Positions 47,036 to 57,763 of a stretch of DNA of 64,000 nt are shown one piece after another (positions within the stretch are counted from its first letter, which is position 1; every line of letters starts with the position of its first letter). Under the pieces are notes generated by a model. It ran no database searches. It saw nothing but the letters and a program-made list of their open reading frames with translations, and was not told the DNA's origin. The translations under genes and the position numbers were made by a program. The DNA is from a bacterium (GTDB taxonomy: Bacteria > Hinthialibacterota > Hinthialibacteria > Hinthialibacterales > Hinthialibacteraceae). The stretch spans positions 192,001-256,000 of the forward strand of contig CAXXMV010000006.1 in assembly GCA_963662285.2 (NCBI GenBank), read 5' to 3'.

Positions 47036-47668
47036 ATGAGTACTATTGAATACAAAGGGATCATTCTGGCAAGTCAGTCGCCCCGGCGAAAAACTTTGCT
47101 GGAGATGTTAGGCATATCATTTACAGTGATACCGAGTCATATTACGGAATTGCCGCCCATGGGAGAAACTCCCGGATCATATTCCGCGCGTCTTGCTTTA
47201 GAAAAAGCAATGGAAATTGCGCACGACAATCCGGATGATGTGGTTATCGGCGCTGATACGGTTGTTGCTATTAATGATGTGATAATGGGTAAGCCCGGTT
47301 CGCCCAATGAGGCTTCGGTAATGTTGAGCCGTTTGTCTGGCGAATGGCACGAAGTATGGACGGGATTATGCCTTTATCACAAAAACAGCAACACTCAGCA
47401 TGTAAAAGCCGTTTGCTCTCAAGTGCGGTTCAAAAACCTGTCTACCGAAGAGATTGACGCTTATGTGAAAACCGGCGAACCAATGGATAAAGCCGGCGCC
47501 TACGCCATTCAAGGAAAAGGGCAGTCTCTGGTTAAAGAACTTAAAGGTTCTTTCCATAATGTAATCGGTCTGCCCACTTTGGAATTAGCCAAAATGCTGG
47601 AAGATATCGGCGTGAGCATTGACGATCAGTCGCAAAAGCATATACCGAATAAATGGAATGAGAATTAA
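47036..47668 (+). CDS. maf: Maf family nucleoside triphosphate pyrophosphatase
   Basis: ILASQSPRR, IGADTVV, GKP, EPMDKAGAYAIQG, GSFHNVIGLP. Confidence 0.96.
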   Translation: MSTIEYKGIILASQSPRRKTLLEMLGISFTVIPSHITELPPMGETPGSYSARLALEKAMEIAHDNPDDVVIGADTVVAINDVIMGKPGSPNEASVMLSRLSGEWHEVWTGLCLYHKNSNTQHVKAVCSQVRFKNLSTEEIDAYVKTGEPMDKAGAYAIQGKGQSLVKELKGSFHNVIGLPTLELAKMLEDIGVSIDDQSQKHIPNKWNEN

Positions 47669-47789
47669 GAATAGATTTTTTGTTCATTATATTATTTATT
47701 GGTGATGGCAGGCCATAAACCATCTATAGCAATTGAAGGATGTTGTTAAAAAGATGATGCGGGAATAAAAAGATATAGAGGATAATTCC

Positions 47790-48188
47790 ATGATTGAAAT
47801 GGATTTTTATGAATTGCGTTTAGATGAAACCGGAGCTGATCAGATTATCATACTGAAGGAGAAGAACGGCGAACGTATGATGCCCATTCTGATCGGTTAT
47901 TATGAAGCGCAATCGATCCACCTCGCCTTAAATGATATCCACATCCAACGTCCACTGACGCACGATTTATCGGTTAATATTATTGATGCGCTCAAAGCCA
48001 AGGTTGAACGCGTGGTTGTTAACGATCTACGTGAATCAACCTTCTACGCCCGTATACATTTCTCGACCTCCAACGGTCCAATCGACGTCGATTCACGTCC
48101 CAGTGATGCTATCGCTATTGCGGTGCGCATCAATGCTCCCATTTTCGTAGCAAAGGATTTACTCGAGCAGATCACCAAAGGAAATTAA
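47790..48188 (+). CDS. Bifunctional nuclease family (DUF151) protein
   Basis: MPILIG..EA..I, RPLTHDL, TFYARI, DSRPSDAIAIAVR..APIFV. Confidence 0.93.
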   Translation: MIEMDFYELRLDETGADQIIILKEKNGERMMPILIGYYEAQSIHLALNDIHIQRPLTHDLSVNIIDALKAKVERVVVNDLRESTFYARIHFSTSNGPIDVDSRPSDAIAIAVRINAPIFVAKDLLEQITKGN

Positions 48189-48476
48189 ATTCGAGTGGTT
48201 TTCATTATCGAAGATATTACACCATAATGAAGGCGAATAGTGTTGATAGCCTTTCTAGTGATTTGAACATAAGTGCAATGATAAAAATATGTTATATGAC
48301 TTAAGGAAACAGTGCTATTAACCGATAATTAAACTACGTCTTTATATGGCGTTGGAGTGATTATGAAAATCACTCTATATATAATGTTATTTTTATGCGC
48401 GAGCGCACAGGTTCGTTAGAGCATATTAGTTGGGTTAGAGGGCGTTGAAGATACCTTGAAGAAAGAGGTGCTACCA

Positions 48477-48764
48477 ATGCCCCATGATAAAACGAGTACG
48501 GTATGTATTAGATGTGGTAAAACCTCGAAGACCGTGGTTTGCATGAGTTGCTTTTTTAAATATCAACATTCATCTTATGAGGTTGAAGAAGAGGCCAAGG
48601 TTTCTTTTTCTTCGCGTCTTCCAAAGATGGATAAACATGATGGTCCTGAAATGGAAATTATCTGGGATGATGATGTTCTGCAAGAATTGGATTTAACCAA
48701 AAAAAATCCACCTCAAGAGCCGGATCAATCAACTTCCTGGTTTTCCCGTCTACCCCGGTTCTAG
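48477..48764 (+). CDS. Small hypothetical protein with CxxC-x8-CxxC motif
   Basis: GAGGTG RBS; CIRC...CMSC; stop codon overlaps the family-D element. Confidence 0.5.
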   Translation: MPHDKTSTVCIRCGKTSKTVVCMSCFFKYQHSSYEVEEEAKVSFSSRLPKMDKHDGPEMEIIWDDDVLQELDLTKKNPPQEPDQSTSWFSRLPRF

Positions 48765-48878
48765 AGCGGTTCTTGAAAAATAGCGTTTGTATACAGGAAA
48801 ACTTTGTCTTCAAAAGAGGCAGAGTTTTTTTTGCTTTTGGGAATCGCCAATCAGAACATTATTATGAAAACTACTATA
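48762..48878. mobile_element. MITE-like element, family D
   Basis: TAGAGCGGTTCTTGAAAAAT ... GAATCGCCAATCAGAACATTATTATGAAAACTACTATA. Confidence 0.65.
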
Positions 48879-48882
48879 GTAC

Positions 48883-48915
48883 AAAAAAAGAGACCAGTTG
48901 ACGCTGGTCTCTTTT
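48883..48915 (-). terminator. Terminator of the sigma factor gene (probably bidirectional)
   Basis: AAAAGAGACCAG-TTGACG-CTGGTCTCTTTT. Confidence 0.8.
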
Positions 48916-48942
48916 GATTTCTATGATATTAATAATATTTAC

Positions 48943-50586
48943 TTATGAAGCCAATCCGTCCAAAAAGCCTTTTAAGCGCTGAGCGCGTAAGGGGTGGCGT
49001 AATTTACGGATGGCTTTGGTCTCGATCTGCCGGACGCGTTCGCGCGTAATGCCGAAACGGTTGCCTACTTCTTCCAATTTTCGCGGCTGGCCGTCATCCA
49101 GACCATAGCGCAGGCGAAGCACAGCTTCTTCACGCTCGGTTAGAGTTTCGAGAGCTTGTTCAATCTCGCCTTCAAGCGAATGATGGCTGGCGTTATCGAC
49201 TGGTGAATCGACTGATTGATCTTCAATGAAATCGCCCAGGAAACTATCTTCGCTTTCATTGATGGGCGTTTCCATGGAAACCGCCCGCTGAACGACGCGC
49301 GCCAGTTTCATGTATTTCTTCAAGGGGATATCCACGCGATTGGATATCTCTTCCGGCGTAGGGTCGCGTCCCAGTTCCTGTTGCAGTTCTTCGGATGCTT
49401 TAGTAATGCGGTGCCAGGTTCCCTGCAACCCAACGGGGATGCGAATGTCATGAGCCTGACTGGCGCAAGCGCGGGAAATGGCCTGACGAATCCACCAGGT
49501 GGCGTAGGTGCTGAATTTGAAGCCCAGCAGATGGTCGAATTTCTCCGCAGCGCGCATCAATCCGATATTGCCTTCCTGAACCAAATCCAACAGATGAACT
49601 CCGCGATGCCGGAATCCTTTGGCAACCGAAACTACCAGTCTGAGGTTGGCGCGAACCAAGTCCATCTTGGCGCGTTGCGCTTCTTTTTCGCCTCGGCGGA
49701 TAATTTTTACAGCGCGAAACAGACGAAACGGGTCGTCATTCTCTTCATATACGGTATTTAAAATAGATTTAGCTTTGACTAATTTTTCAATTTCATGCAG
49801 TACTTCTTCTTTCTTTTTATGTGATTTACGGCTCAAAGAAAGCAGCGTCTTATCAGTTATACGAACTCGATTTGCTAAACGGTCAATTTCTTTAGGGGTA
49901 ATGTTAAAAGATTTTTCAACGCGGTTAACGATTTTTAGGGCTTTGTCCGCTTTAATGGCATTTCTTTTAAGGCCGTTAGCTATTTCCTGAATAGTTTCCG
50001 GGGCGAATCCAATCTTGTATAAATCCTCGCCTGATTTTCTGAATAAATCTCTGGATATTGCTACATCATCATTTAATGACTCAATTGCATTGGTAGACTT
50101 CTGGATGACTCGTTCTACTTTTCGCTTGAGGTTTGATATATATCGCGCAACATCTTTTTCTGTATTAAGATCATCGGGAGCATTGTTCATGATCACGTCA
50201 AGCCGGCGCATGCCTTGTTTGACGTCTTCTACTAGTTTGGTTAGATTTACTAAGGAAGGCAGGCTGCGCACGACGCCCAGGCAAATCCTTTTACGTCCAT
50301 CCTGCATTCTTTGAGAAATTTCTTGTTCATTCTCTTTGGTTAAAAGAGGGATGCTGCCAATTTCACGGAGATATAAACGTAAACTGTTATGAACTGCACG
50401 ACGTCGTGAAACGCGATCATCAAACCGACCTGCTTCAGGTTCTGTTAATTGCAAATGTCGGGCTGCCGGGGGATAAAAAAGACTATCCTCCTCTTCTTCC
50501 TCAAGTTCCAATCCAATCCCCAATGATTTGTCTTCGAGGATATCATCGTCCTCAAACAAATTGGGGGTTGCAAGAGTATAACTCAT
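48943..50586 (-). CDS. RpoD/SigA-like sigma-70 factor (group 1/2, atypical region 2.4-3.0)
   Basis: [14 protein letters not shown] (1.2), [64 protein letters not shown]; AAGGAG RBS before MSY. Confidence 0.9.
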   Translation of the reverse strand: MSYTLATPNLFEDDDILEDKSLGIGLELEEEEEDSLFYPPAARHLQLTEPEAGRFDDRVSRRRAVHNSLRLYLREIGSIPLLTKENEQEISQRMQDGRKRICLGVVRSLPSLVNLTKLVEDVKQGMRRLDVIMNNAPDDLNTEKDVARYISNLKRKVERVIQKSTNAIESLNDDVAISRDLFRKSGEDLYKIGFAPETIQEIANGLKRNAIKADKALKIVNRVEKSFNITPKEIDRLANRVRITDKTLLSLSRKSHKKKEEVLHEIEKLVKAKSILNTVYEENDDPFRLFRAVKIIRRGEKEAQRAKMDLVRANLRLVVSVAKGFRHRGVHLLDLVQEGNIGLMRAAEKFDHLLGFKFSTYATWWIRQAISRACASQAHDIRIPVGLQGTWHRITKASEELQQELGRDPTPEEISNRVDIPLKKYMKLARVVQRAVSMETPINESEDSFLGDFIEDQSVDSPVDNASHHSLEGEIEQALETLTEREEAVLRLRYGLDDGQPRKLEEVGNRFGITRERVRQIETKAIRKLRHPLRAQRLKGFLDGLAS

Positions 50587-50785
50587 TTTTATATTTACTC
50601 CTTCGCCAGATGGTTTCATAAGAGAACCCTTCCCTCGTTTTCACCTGGTAAGTATTAAACGGTTCCATCAACAAAATGTTATGCTGATATCGCTGATATC
50701 TATGTATTCCTAAGTTGTCTTTTTTAGCGCCAAGTTTCACTTGGTTTTTTACGCCATTTTTCTTGTTATGAGATATTTCAATATT

Positions 50786-51238
50786 CTATGAGTTAATGGT
50801 CTTGGTTTCTTCTTCGCAGAACAATGTTTTGCAATGTGGAGAATTGGCTATGTCCTTTATGGTCATACTTCTCAAAACAGCCAACATTTGCTCTTGCGCT
50901 TCCTTAAATAAATTTCGTAAAGTACATTCCTTAGATTGATCGCAGTTCCTGATTTCCCAAGAACAGTTAAATTCAGCTACATCTTGATCCATTGCTATAA
51001 CAACATCAGCGATAGTGATTGTGTGGGGTGGTTTTTTAAAAACAAATCCACCGTGTTTTCCACGTATCGATTTTATTAATCCTGTTTTAACTAGATTTAG
51101 CATAATTCGAGCTAAATAGCTCTCTGAAGCTTGCACTGAATTAGCCAACTTACGGATCATAATCGGCTCATCAGTTGGTTGCTCCGCCATTGTGATTAGA
51201 GCATGTATTGCAAGATCAATGCTTTGGGAAAATTTCAT
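50786..51238 (-). CDS. Rrf2 family transcriptional regulator (three Cys, probably Fe-S)
   Basis: A.HAL, SESYL.RI, GLIKS.RG.HGGF, ITIADVV, C-x6-C-x5-C. Confidence 0.93.
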   Translation of the reverse strand: MKFSQSIDLAIHALITMAEQPTDEPIMIRKLANSVQASESYLARIMLNLVKTGLIKSIRGKHGGFVFKKPPHTITIADVVIAMDQDVAEFNCSWEIRNCDQSKECTLRNLFKEAQEQMLAVLRSMTIKDIANSPHCKTLFCEEETKTINS

Positions 51239-51247
51239 AGTCTTTTT

Positions 51248-51297
51248 ATAACCTGACTCTTTTTATCAAGTTATCATGAATCTTAAATCAATGTCAA
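51248..51297 (-). promoter_or_regulatory. Rrf2 gene promoter with overlapping palindromic operator
   Basis: Minus strand TTGACA...TGnTAACTT; ATAACCTGA-n9-TCAAGTTAT palindrome at 51248-51274. Confidence 0.6.
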
Positions 51298-51740
51298 GAC
51301 CGTTTTCCCATATATATAATCATTAATATCACTTGATGAACTACTGGATACGGATGCGATAACCTAACATATATAATTTAAGGTGATTACATAGTTTTTC
51401 TGGGCTTTTTTTGGCTCACGATATAATATGGAGTCAAATAATATAATTTCGCATAAATGAGGAAAAACCTTAAATTTAAAACCGTCTTTTGAATGTTGTT
51501 TATAAATCATGTTGAATTTATCTAGAAATTACGACAGTAGTATACCTAAAATGTCGGTGAATGTAACCCATAATATCATATTATTCAACTATATTTTAGA
51601 TTATCCATGTATATAATAATTTAGGCGCCCGGATGAGGACTAACATTGGCAATAAACATAGGTTACAATCTTTAACAATCAGTATTGCATCGGTGGGGTT
51701 TCAATTCTGAATCGAACATTCGAGCGATTCGATATATAAT

Positions 51741-52604
51741 ATGAGAAATATTCCCGGATATTTATTTAAGCGATTCTTTTTGCCTGTTATCATGTCCTTG
51801 TCGCTTGTCGTTTTGGATTCTGCGTCCGCCTATTCTGAATCATCGAGTGGAGACCGTCCTACTGCAAAAACTTTCCATTTTCTGCTTTGGCAGGGGCCTG
51901 CATCTTTTAATAAAAGCGCGACCAGTACGATAAATGATAAGTTGCCTCTGGAGAACGCATGGCATGATGGAAGGCTATTGTCGTATACCGGGCGGGAAAT
52001 TCGCATACTCAGCCCTAAAGGTGAGCCTTTGGAGAAATATCTTCGTATTGTTCTTAATTCTCATCCAGAATGCATCGAAGGCGATCCCGGACTAATTGAA
52101 CGCGTCGTCAATCAACAGAATAGAGAATATATACCTATTCTTCAGGTTAATTTTCAATCAGATAAACAACTGCCCGCCTTGCAGGGGGAGATTATATTTC
52201 TGGAGCAAAGTGATTTATGGCGGGGCCGTTTGGGAGTGGTTCATCCTGAATATGACATTGGCGGTCGCAGTCAAATTGAGTATTGGGCTAATAAGACCGG
52301 GCAAAATCCTGATACAGTAACCTTGTATTCTTCCAATGAAGCATTAAGGCACCTGTTTGTTGGTAGTATTGAGGCCGCCGCTATCCCTGAAGGCGTTTTG
52401 GAAACGTTCCTTCACGAACATAATAAAGATGGATTACTTGATAAAATTATTCGCGTTCCAATGCCCTATAAAGGTCATCCATCGGTGATTTTTCTAAGGC
52501 AGGATCTTTATCATGATCCACTTATGCGTACTCTGATCAGTGAAACCTGGCTAAGGGATCATTTTCCGGATAAATTACAACTGATTCCAGCCGTTACAAA
52601 TTGA
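51741..52604 (+). CDS. Exported hypothetical protein, possibly periplasmic-binding-protein type II fold
   Basis: Signal peptide; QGEII...DL.RGRLGVV, EALRHLFVGSIEAAAI resembles PhnD/SsuA-type binding proteins; upstream of a kinase. Confidence 0.45.
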   Translation: MRNIPGYLFKRFFLPVIMSLSLVVLDSASAYSESSSGDRPTAKTFHFLLWQGPASFNKSATSTINDKLPLENAWHDGRLLSYTGREIRILSPKGEPLEKYLRIVLNSHPECIEGDPGLIERVVNQQNREYIPILQVNFQSDKQLPALQGEIIFLEQSDLWRGRLGVVHPEYDIGGRSQIEYWANKTGQNPDTVTLYSSNEALRHLFVGSIEAAAIPEGVLETFLHEHNKDGLLDKIIRVPMPYKGHPSVIFLRQDLYHDPLMRTLISETWLRDHFPDKLQLIPAVTN

Positions 52605-52722
52605 ACAAATATCTACCCCTTTATCAATAACGATTATAATTATAGGGTTAACAACGCATTGACGCTCGTTATTTTGGTAATCGCTCTATCTTAAAATCTT
52701 TGGGATAATTCAAGAAAATATT

Positions 52723-54222
52723 ATGAATTCTGTAAAATTATTATCAGGAAATGCTTATTCGTTGTGGCGTGTTTCTATGGAGCCACTACTGATTCTGGAT
52801 GCCAAGGGAAATATCCAGGATTGCAATATCGTCGCTAAAGACTGCTTGCCGCTCAAAAAAGGCATAAGTTTGCTTGATATAGTACAAGAGAAATCTGATT
52901 TGCAGCATGCTTTACAAAACTCTGGTGATCAAGAAGATCCCAGGGTTATTGATCTCCTGACAATTGTTATTGATAATATGGAAATACGAACCAGGGCGCA
53001 AATAATATCTTTGCAGGATTCTGCGTCTCATAATGCCCCATGCTTCATTGTCAGCCTGAACCAGAACTCTCCTGAATTGGAATCGCTCGAAATAGCAGCA
53101 AAATTAAATGATCAGCGCGTGGAAAACCTGCGTGATAACCTGACTATCGTAACCAAGAAACTGCTCGAAAAAACTCTCCAGCTGGCCGAACAGAAAAATA
53201 AAGTTTCCACTATTATAAATGGCATGGGAGAAGGATTGATTGGATGCGATGATAACGGCGCCATCATCCATATAAATCAAGCGGCGCTTAATTTGTTTGA
53301 TTTGTCAGAACAAGAAATTATTGGCGCTTCCTTTGCCGAATACTTCTCTGAATTGACTAAATATATCGAATATCATCCTGGCAGCTCAATGCTCGTCGAA
53401 CAGAAAATATTCGATGTTCGGTATAATGTCAAAGATTTGCGCATCAGTGTTTCTCCAATTTTTGATGAAGAAGAACAGCGTAATGACGGATTCGTTCTAA
53501 TCGTGCAGGATCGTACGGAACAGGCTGAACTGGATCGTATGCGTTCTGACCTGATTTCTATTGTGTCGCACGAACTTCGTTCACCCCTCACTTCAATAAA
53601 AGGGTACTTGGATTTAATGATTTCCGGCGACCTGGGTGTTTTTCCACTGGAGATGAAGAGCTATATTGATATCATTTCCTCCAATACCAATCGTTTGGCC
53701 ACCTTGATAGATGATATGCTCGATCTGTCACGCATCGAATCAGGTAAATTGAATATGTCATTTGGCAAAGTCGAAATCAAATATCTCTGTGATCTGGTAT
53801 TCCTCACCATGAAACCACAGGCTGAGAAGAAAAAATTAAAATTCTCATTGGATGTGGAAGAAGGGCTGGCCATATCGGGCGACATAGACCGTATGCAGCA
53901 GGCTTTGACCAACTTGGTTTCAAATGCAATTAAATATACTCCCGAAGAAGGTTCTGTCATTATACATGCCATTCGCACCAAGGAATTTATTACAATCTCT
54001 GTTAAAGATAGTGGTTTTGGCATCAGTAATGATAACCAGAATCGTCTTTTCCAGAAATTCTTCCGGATTAAAAACGAAAAAACCAGAAATATCGGCGGTA
54101 CCGGCTTGGGTCTTTGCATTACTAAGTCGATAGTGGAAGCGCATGACGGCAAAATAATCGTTGATTCTGAAGAAGGCCAGGGATCAAATTTTATCCTTGA
54201 AATTCCTGCTTATCACTCTTAA
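52723..54222 (+). CDS. Cytoplasmic PAS-domain sensor histidine kinase
   Basis: H-box VSHELRSPLTSI, N-box NLVSNAIKYT, D.G.GI, GGTGLGL; two PAS-like regions. Confidence 0.95.
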   Translation: MNSVKLLSGNAYSLWRVSMEPLLILDAKGNIQDCNIVAKDCLPLKKGISLLDIVQEKSDLQHALQNSGDQEDPRVIDLLTIVIDNMEIRTRAQIISLQDSASHNAPCFIVSLNQNSPELESLEIAAKLNDQRVENLRDNLTIVTKKLLEKTLQLAEQKNKVSTIINGMGEGLIGCDDNGAIIHINQAALNLFDLSEQEIIGASFAEYFSELTKYIEYHPGSSMLVEQKIFDVRYNVKDLRISVSPIFDEEEQRNDGFVLIVQDRTEQAELDRMRSDLISIVSHELRSPLTSIKGYLDLMISGDLGVFPLEMKSYIDIISSNTNRLATLIDDMLDLSRIESGKLNMSFGKVEIKYLCDLVFLTMKPQAEKKKLKFSLDVEEGLAISGDIDRMQQALTNLVSNAIKYTPEEGSVIIHAIRTKEFITISVKDSGFGISNDNQNRLFQKFFRIKNEKTRNIGGTGLGLCITKSIVEAHDGKIIVDSEEGQGSNFILEIPAYHS

Positions 54223-54353
54223 TTAGAGTAGTTTACATGATTATGTTTATACTTGATGATAGTGAAAACAGGAAAAGATTGGTTTTTCATTGACCACACG
54301 CCATCATAAACCAATATTTATGTAATAACCGTGCGAAACCGGAAAATTTTTCC

Positions 54354-54382
54354 TTGACCAAAAAAACAGTATAACATATACT
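54354..54382 (+). promoter_or_regulatory. Putative sigma70 promoter for the flgN-like/kinase/regulator operon
   Basis: TTGACC, 17 nt spacer, TATACT. Confidence 0.6.
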
Positions 54383-54554
54383 GGCCTAAGGAGATATCTA
54401 CGATTATCTCAAGCCATTTCTATTTTGAGCCTTTATAAACTCGGTATTTGGGCAAGTAGGGTGAATTTTAATCTATTGACCTATTGTCGCCTGATTGACA
54501 GGCTTATGGATTAGGAATGATTGGATATCTATTTTGTTTTATAGAGTGAGAAAA

Positions 54555-55013
54555 ATGAACGACGCTTGTCTATTCCGTTTGATGAATGACGCCCTTCAAG
54601 AAGAGCATGATAAATATCTGGAAATGCTTGAACTCTCTAATGAACAAATATCTTTTTTAAGAGAGACGGAACCGGATACTATTAGAATAGCCGACTTGAT
54701 GAATAGAAAAATACAAATTGTGGAAGAGTTGCAGTTATTAGAACAAAAGCACCAACAGGTAAAGGATCAATGGCGTCTTGAATATCAGAATTATTCATCC
54801 GATGAACGGAACGTTATTAAGCAGATACGTGATTCAAGTATAGAGATGATAGAGCGCTTAAATAATTCTGAAGGAATTATTGCCAAGTCGATTAAGCGTC
54901 ACCAAGTGGATATCAATCAACAACTGTCTAAACTTAAGCAAGGCCGGAACGCTAATCAGGCTTATTTTGCGTATGAGAATTTACCGCCGCGCTATATCGA
55001 TAAAAAGAAATAA
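54555..55013 (+). CDS. FlgN-like flagellar export chaperone
   Basis: All-helical L..E...Y..ML.LS.EQ...L; ends GR.A..AY...PRYIDKKK; near the flagellar operon. Confidence 0.6.
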   Translation: MNDACLFRLMNDALQEEHDKYLEMLELSNEQISFLRETEPDTIRIADLMNRKIQIVEELQLLEQKHQQVKDQWRLEYQNYSSDERNVIKQIRDSSIEMIERLNNSEGIIAKSIKRHQVDINQQLSKLKQGRNANQAYFAYENLPPRYIDKKK

Positions 55014-55047
55014 TGCACAGAATGCGATCTACAATGGGGATGAGGAA

Positions 55048-56277
55048 ATGATCGTGGCTGAACCGGATTCTAAAAACAATCCTGTGGAACTTTACTCAGG
55101 CGGAGAAACCGATCCTCAGGTTCTTCAGCGCCTTATTTCGCATTATACCGAAAGTATCGAGAAACTTAGTTTATCCTTCGAGCAGCTGGAAAAACGTTTT
55201 CAGGTTTTGGATTCCAAAAACATATACAACTCCATCACCGAAGCGCTGATTACTATTGATCCGGATGATAATATTCTGACGTTTAACCGCGCCGCTGAAT
55301 GCATCTTCGAAGTGCAGGAGCAGGATGCCATCAATCAACCGTTTTGCCAGTTTCTGCCAGTCTGCGCCAAGGCATTTACTGATTACCGCGAGTCCTGCGA
55401 ATCTCATAACAAATATGAATTCTCTTTTACTAATCAGCAGGGTGATCCGGTGGTATTACAGAGCCGCTTCTCTGAATTATTTGATCGCGACGGCGCCAGG
55501 ATCGGCGTAACGTGCCTTCTGCTTGATCTTACAGAAGTTAGGCTGCTGGAAGAAAAAGCCCGGCGTTCCGACCGATTGACCGCCCTGGGTGAACTGGCTG
55601 CTGGCGTGGCCCATGAAATGCGCAATCCGCTGACTACTATCCGGGGCTACCTTCAGATCCTTCCAGACAACAAGGATGATGAAGAGTTTATTCAGGAGTT
55701 TTCTGAAAACCTTATTCGTGAAATTGACCGGCTCACCCGTCTGACTGATGATCTTCTCAATATGGCTAAACCAATTTCACCTGAACGGAAAACAGAGCAA
55801 CTTTCCAAACTTATTGAGGAGATTGCCGCTTTTCTCAGTGAGAAATTTACCTTATCGAATATACAATTGAGTATAGAACCGGATCAAGTAGGCACTGCTG
55901 TTTTGATAGATGCTGACCGTATGAAGCAGGTCTTCATCAATCTATTCGTCAATGCCATCGAAGCTAGTAACGAAATTGATGGCAAGATTGATGGGCGTAT
56001 TGCAGTCAGGTTTTTTCAGCGGATGGAGAAATTATCTCCCGATGAAGAACCACGGGCCTACGCCGTTGCTGAAATTGCCGACAATGGGCCGGGTGTACCC
56101 AAGCATATTCAAGAACGTCTCTTTGATCCGTTCTTTACTACTAAAGACAGCGGAACAGGTTTAGGTCTTGCTTTATCTCATCGGATTGTGGAAGAGCATG
56201 GCGGTTTTTTAAGGATTAATGACAGCAGCGAAAAGGGAACGGCTTTCTGGGTAATGCTTCCTTTAACCGACAGTTGA
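55048..56277 (+). CDS. PAS sensor histidine kinase (NtrB/AtoS/FlgS-like)
   Basis: LGELAAGVAHEMRNPL, QVFINLFVNAIEA, DNGPG, FDPFFTTK..GTGLGL. Confidence 0.94.
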   Translation: MIVAEPDSKNNPVELYSGGETDPQVLQRLISHYTESIEKLSLSFEQLEKRFQVLDSKNIYNSITEALITIDPDDNILTFNRAAECIFEVQEQDAINQPFCQFLPVCAKAFTDYRESCESHNKYEFSFTNQQGDPVVLQSRFSELFDRDGARIGVTCLLLDLTEVRLLEEKARRSDRLTALGELAAGVAHEMRNPLTTIRGYLQILPDNKDDEEFIQEFSENLIREIDRLTRLTDDLLNMAKPISPERKTEQLSKLIEEIAAFLSEKFTLSNIQLSIEPDQVGTAVLIDADRMKQVFINLFVNAIEASNEIDGKIDGRIAVRFFQRMEKLSPDEEPRAYAVAEIADNGPGVPKHIQERLFDPFFTTKDSGTGLGLALSHRIVEEHGGFLRINDSSEKGTAFWVMLPLTDS

Positions 56278-56295
56278 TTTATTTGGAAAAGAAAA

Positions 56296-57678
56296 ATGGC
56301 GCAAAAAAAGATTCTGATTGTGGATGATGAACTCGGGATTCGAAACCTGCTCAAGCGGGTTTTGAAAGGGGAAGGCTATGATATCCGTGAAGCGGATAAT
56401 GGAGAAGCGGCCATCGAAATGGCGATGGAAGACCTTCCCGATCTGGTTCTGTGCGATATCAAAATGCCCATCAAAGACGGCATCGCCACTCTGCAGGAAC
56501 TCAAGGATATTTCGCTGAATGTTGAAGTTATCATGTTGACTGCGCATTCAACAGTTGAAAACGCCGTCCAGGCCATGAAACTGGGCGCGGCGGATTATAT
56601 CAAGAAGCCTTTCGATGTTGAAGAACTGAAAGTGGTGATTGAAAAGACTTTAGGCGTGGCTGAACTAAAACGGGAAAATAATGCGCTACGCGAGCAAGTC
56701 GGCTTGAAATACGGTATTGATCATATCATTGGCAATGATCCCAAGATGTTGGATATTTTTGATCTGATTAGAACTGTGGCCCCGACTCCCAGTACGGTGT
56801 TGATCCATGGCGAAAGTGGAACAGGTAAGGAACTCATCGCCGGAGCGATTCACTATCATAGTCCAAGACGTAACAAGCCATTTATCAAAGTGAACTGCGC
56901 CGCCATTTCTGAAGAGTTGCTGGAAAGCGAACTGTTCGGCCACGAAAAAGGCGCTTTCACCGGCGCTATCCGCACCAGTGAAGGCAAGTTCGTTATGGCC
57001 GACGGCGGTTCGATTCTGCTGGATGAAGTCAGTGAAATGAGCCCCAAACTTCAGGCCAAACTGTTGCGCGTTCTGCAGGAGCGTGAAGTGGACAAGGTTG
57101 GCGGGCGTCTGCCGGTTAAAGTCGATGTCCGGGTGATGGCTACAACCAACCGCAATCTTGAAGAGGAAATTAAAAAAGGCTCTTTCCGCCAAGACCTCTA
57201 TTATCGACTTAATGTAGTTACTATAGCTTTTCCCCCATTACGGGAGCGCAAAAGCGATATCTCTGATCTATGCAGTTTCTTTATAGAAAAATTTAACCAG
57301 GAAATGAATCGCCGCATCCAAGGGCTTAACAAAGAGGCTGAACAAACGTTGCTCAGTTTCAATTGGCCGGGGAACGTCCGCCAACTGGAAAATTGCATTG
57401 AACGGGCGGTTGTGCTTTGTCAGGATTCCATGATTGGTATGGAACATCTCCCACTGGAATTGAAACGCGTCTCGACTCAATCAGATTCCGATAAAATAAC
57501 CGGTATTCAAGCCGGGGGTACAGTTGCCGAGATGGAAAAGCAACTAATCATGCAAACTTTGAAACTGACTAATAACAACAGGACGCGGGCAGCTGAACTG
57601 CTGGGCATCAGCATTCGGACGCTTCGTAATAAATTGAATGAATATCGAGAAAAAAGCGTTGAAGAGATTTCTGCGTAA
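56296..57678 (+). CDS. Sigma54-dependent response regulator (NtrC/FleR-like)
   Basis: Receiver domain (VDDE, CDIKMP, KP), GESGTGKE, GAFTGA, C-terminal NRTRAAELLGISIRTLRNKL HTH. Confidence 0.96.
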   Translation: MAQKKILIVDDELGIRNLLKRVLKGEGYDIREADNGEAAIEMAMEDLPDLVLCDIKMPIKDGIATLQELKDISLNVEVIMLTAHSTVENAVQAMKLGAADYIKKPFDVEELKVVIEKTLGVAELKRENNALREQVGLKYGIDHIIGNDPKMLDIFDLIRTVAPTPSTVLIHGESGTGKELIAGAIHYHSPRRNKPFIKVNCAAISEELLESELFGHEKGAFTGAIRTSEGKFVMADGGSILLDEVSEMSPKLQAKLLRVLQEREVDKVGGRLPVKVDVRVMATTNRNLEEEIKKGSFRQDLYYRLNVVTIAFPPLRERKSDISDLCSFFIEKFNQEMNRRIQGLNKEAEQTLLSFNWPGNVRQLENCIERAVVLCQDSMIGMEHLPLELKRVSTQSDSDKITGIQAGGTVAEMEKQLIMQTLKLTNNNRTRAAELLGISIRTLRNKLNEYREKSVEEISA

Positions 57679-57763
57679 TCTTCCTGGTTAATCTGATATA
57701 GCGGTCAACAACCGCATTGACGAAGGTTATTTTGAGAATCGCTCTATAGTGGTTTAGAGAATT

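Noticed and set aside
49216-50621. Several plus-strand ORFs (181, 123, 99 and 71 aa) within the sigma factor gene
   Set aside because: Antisense shadows of a strongly conserved gene.
54880-55047. N-terminal extension of the kinase ORF (TTG start)
   Set aside because: It overlaps the flgN-like gene; ATG 55048 with an upstream GAGG is more plausible.
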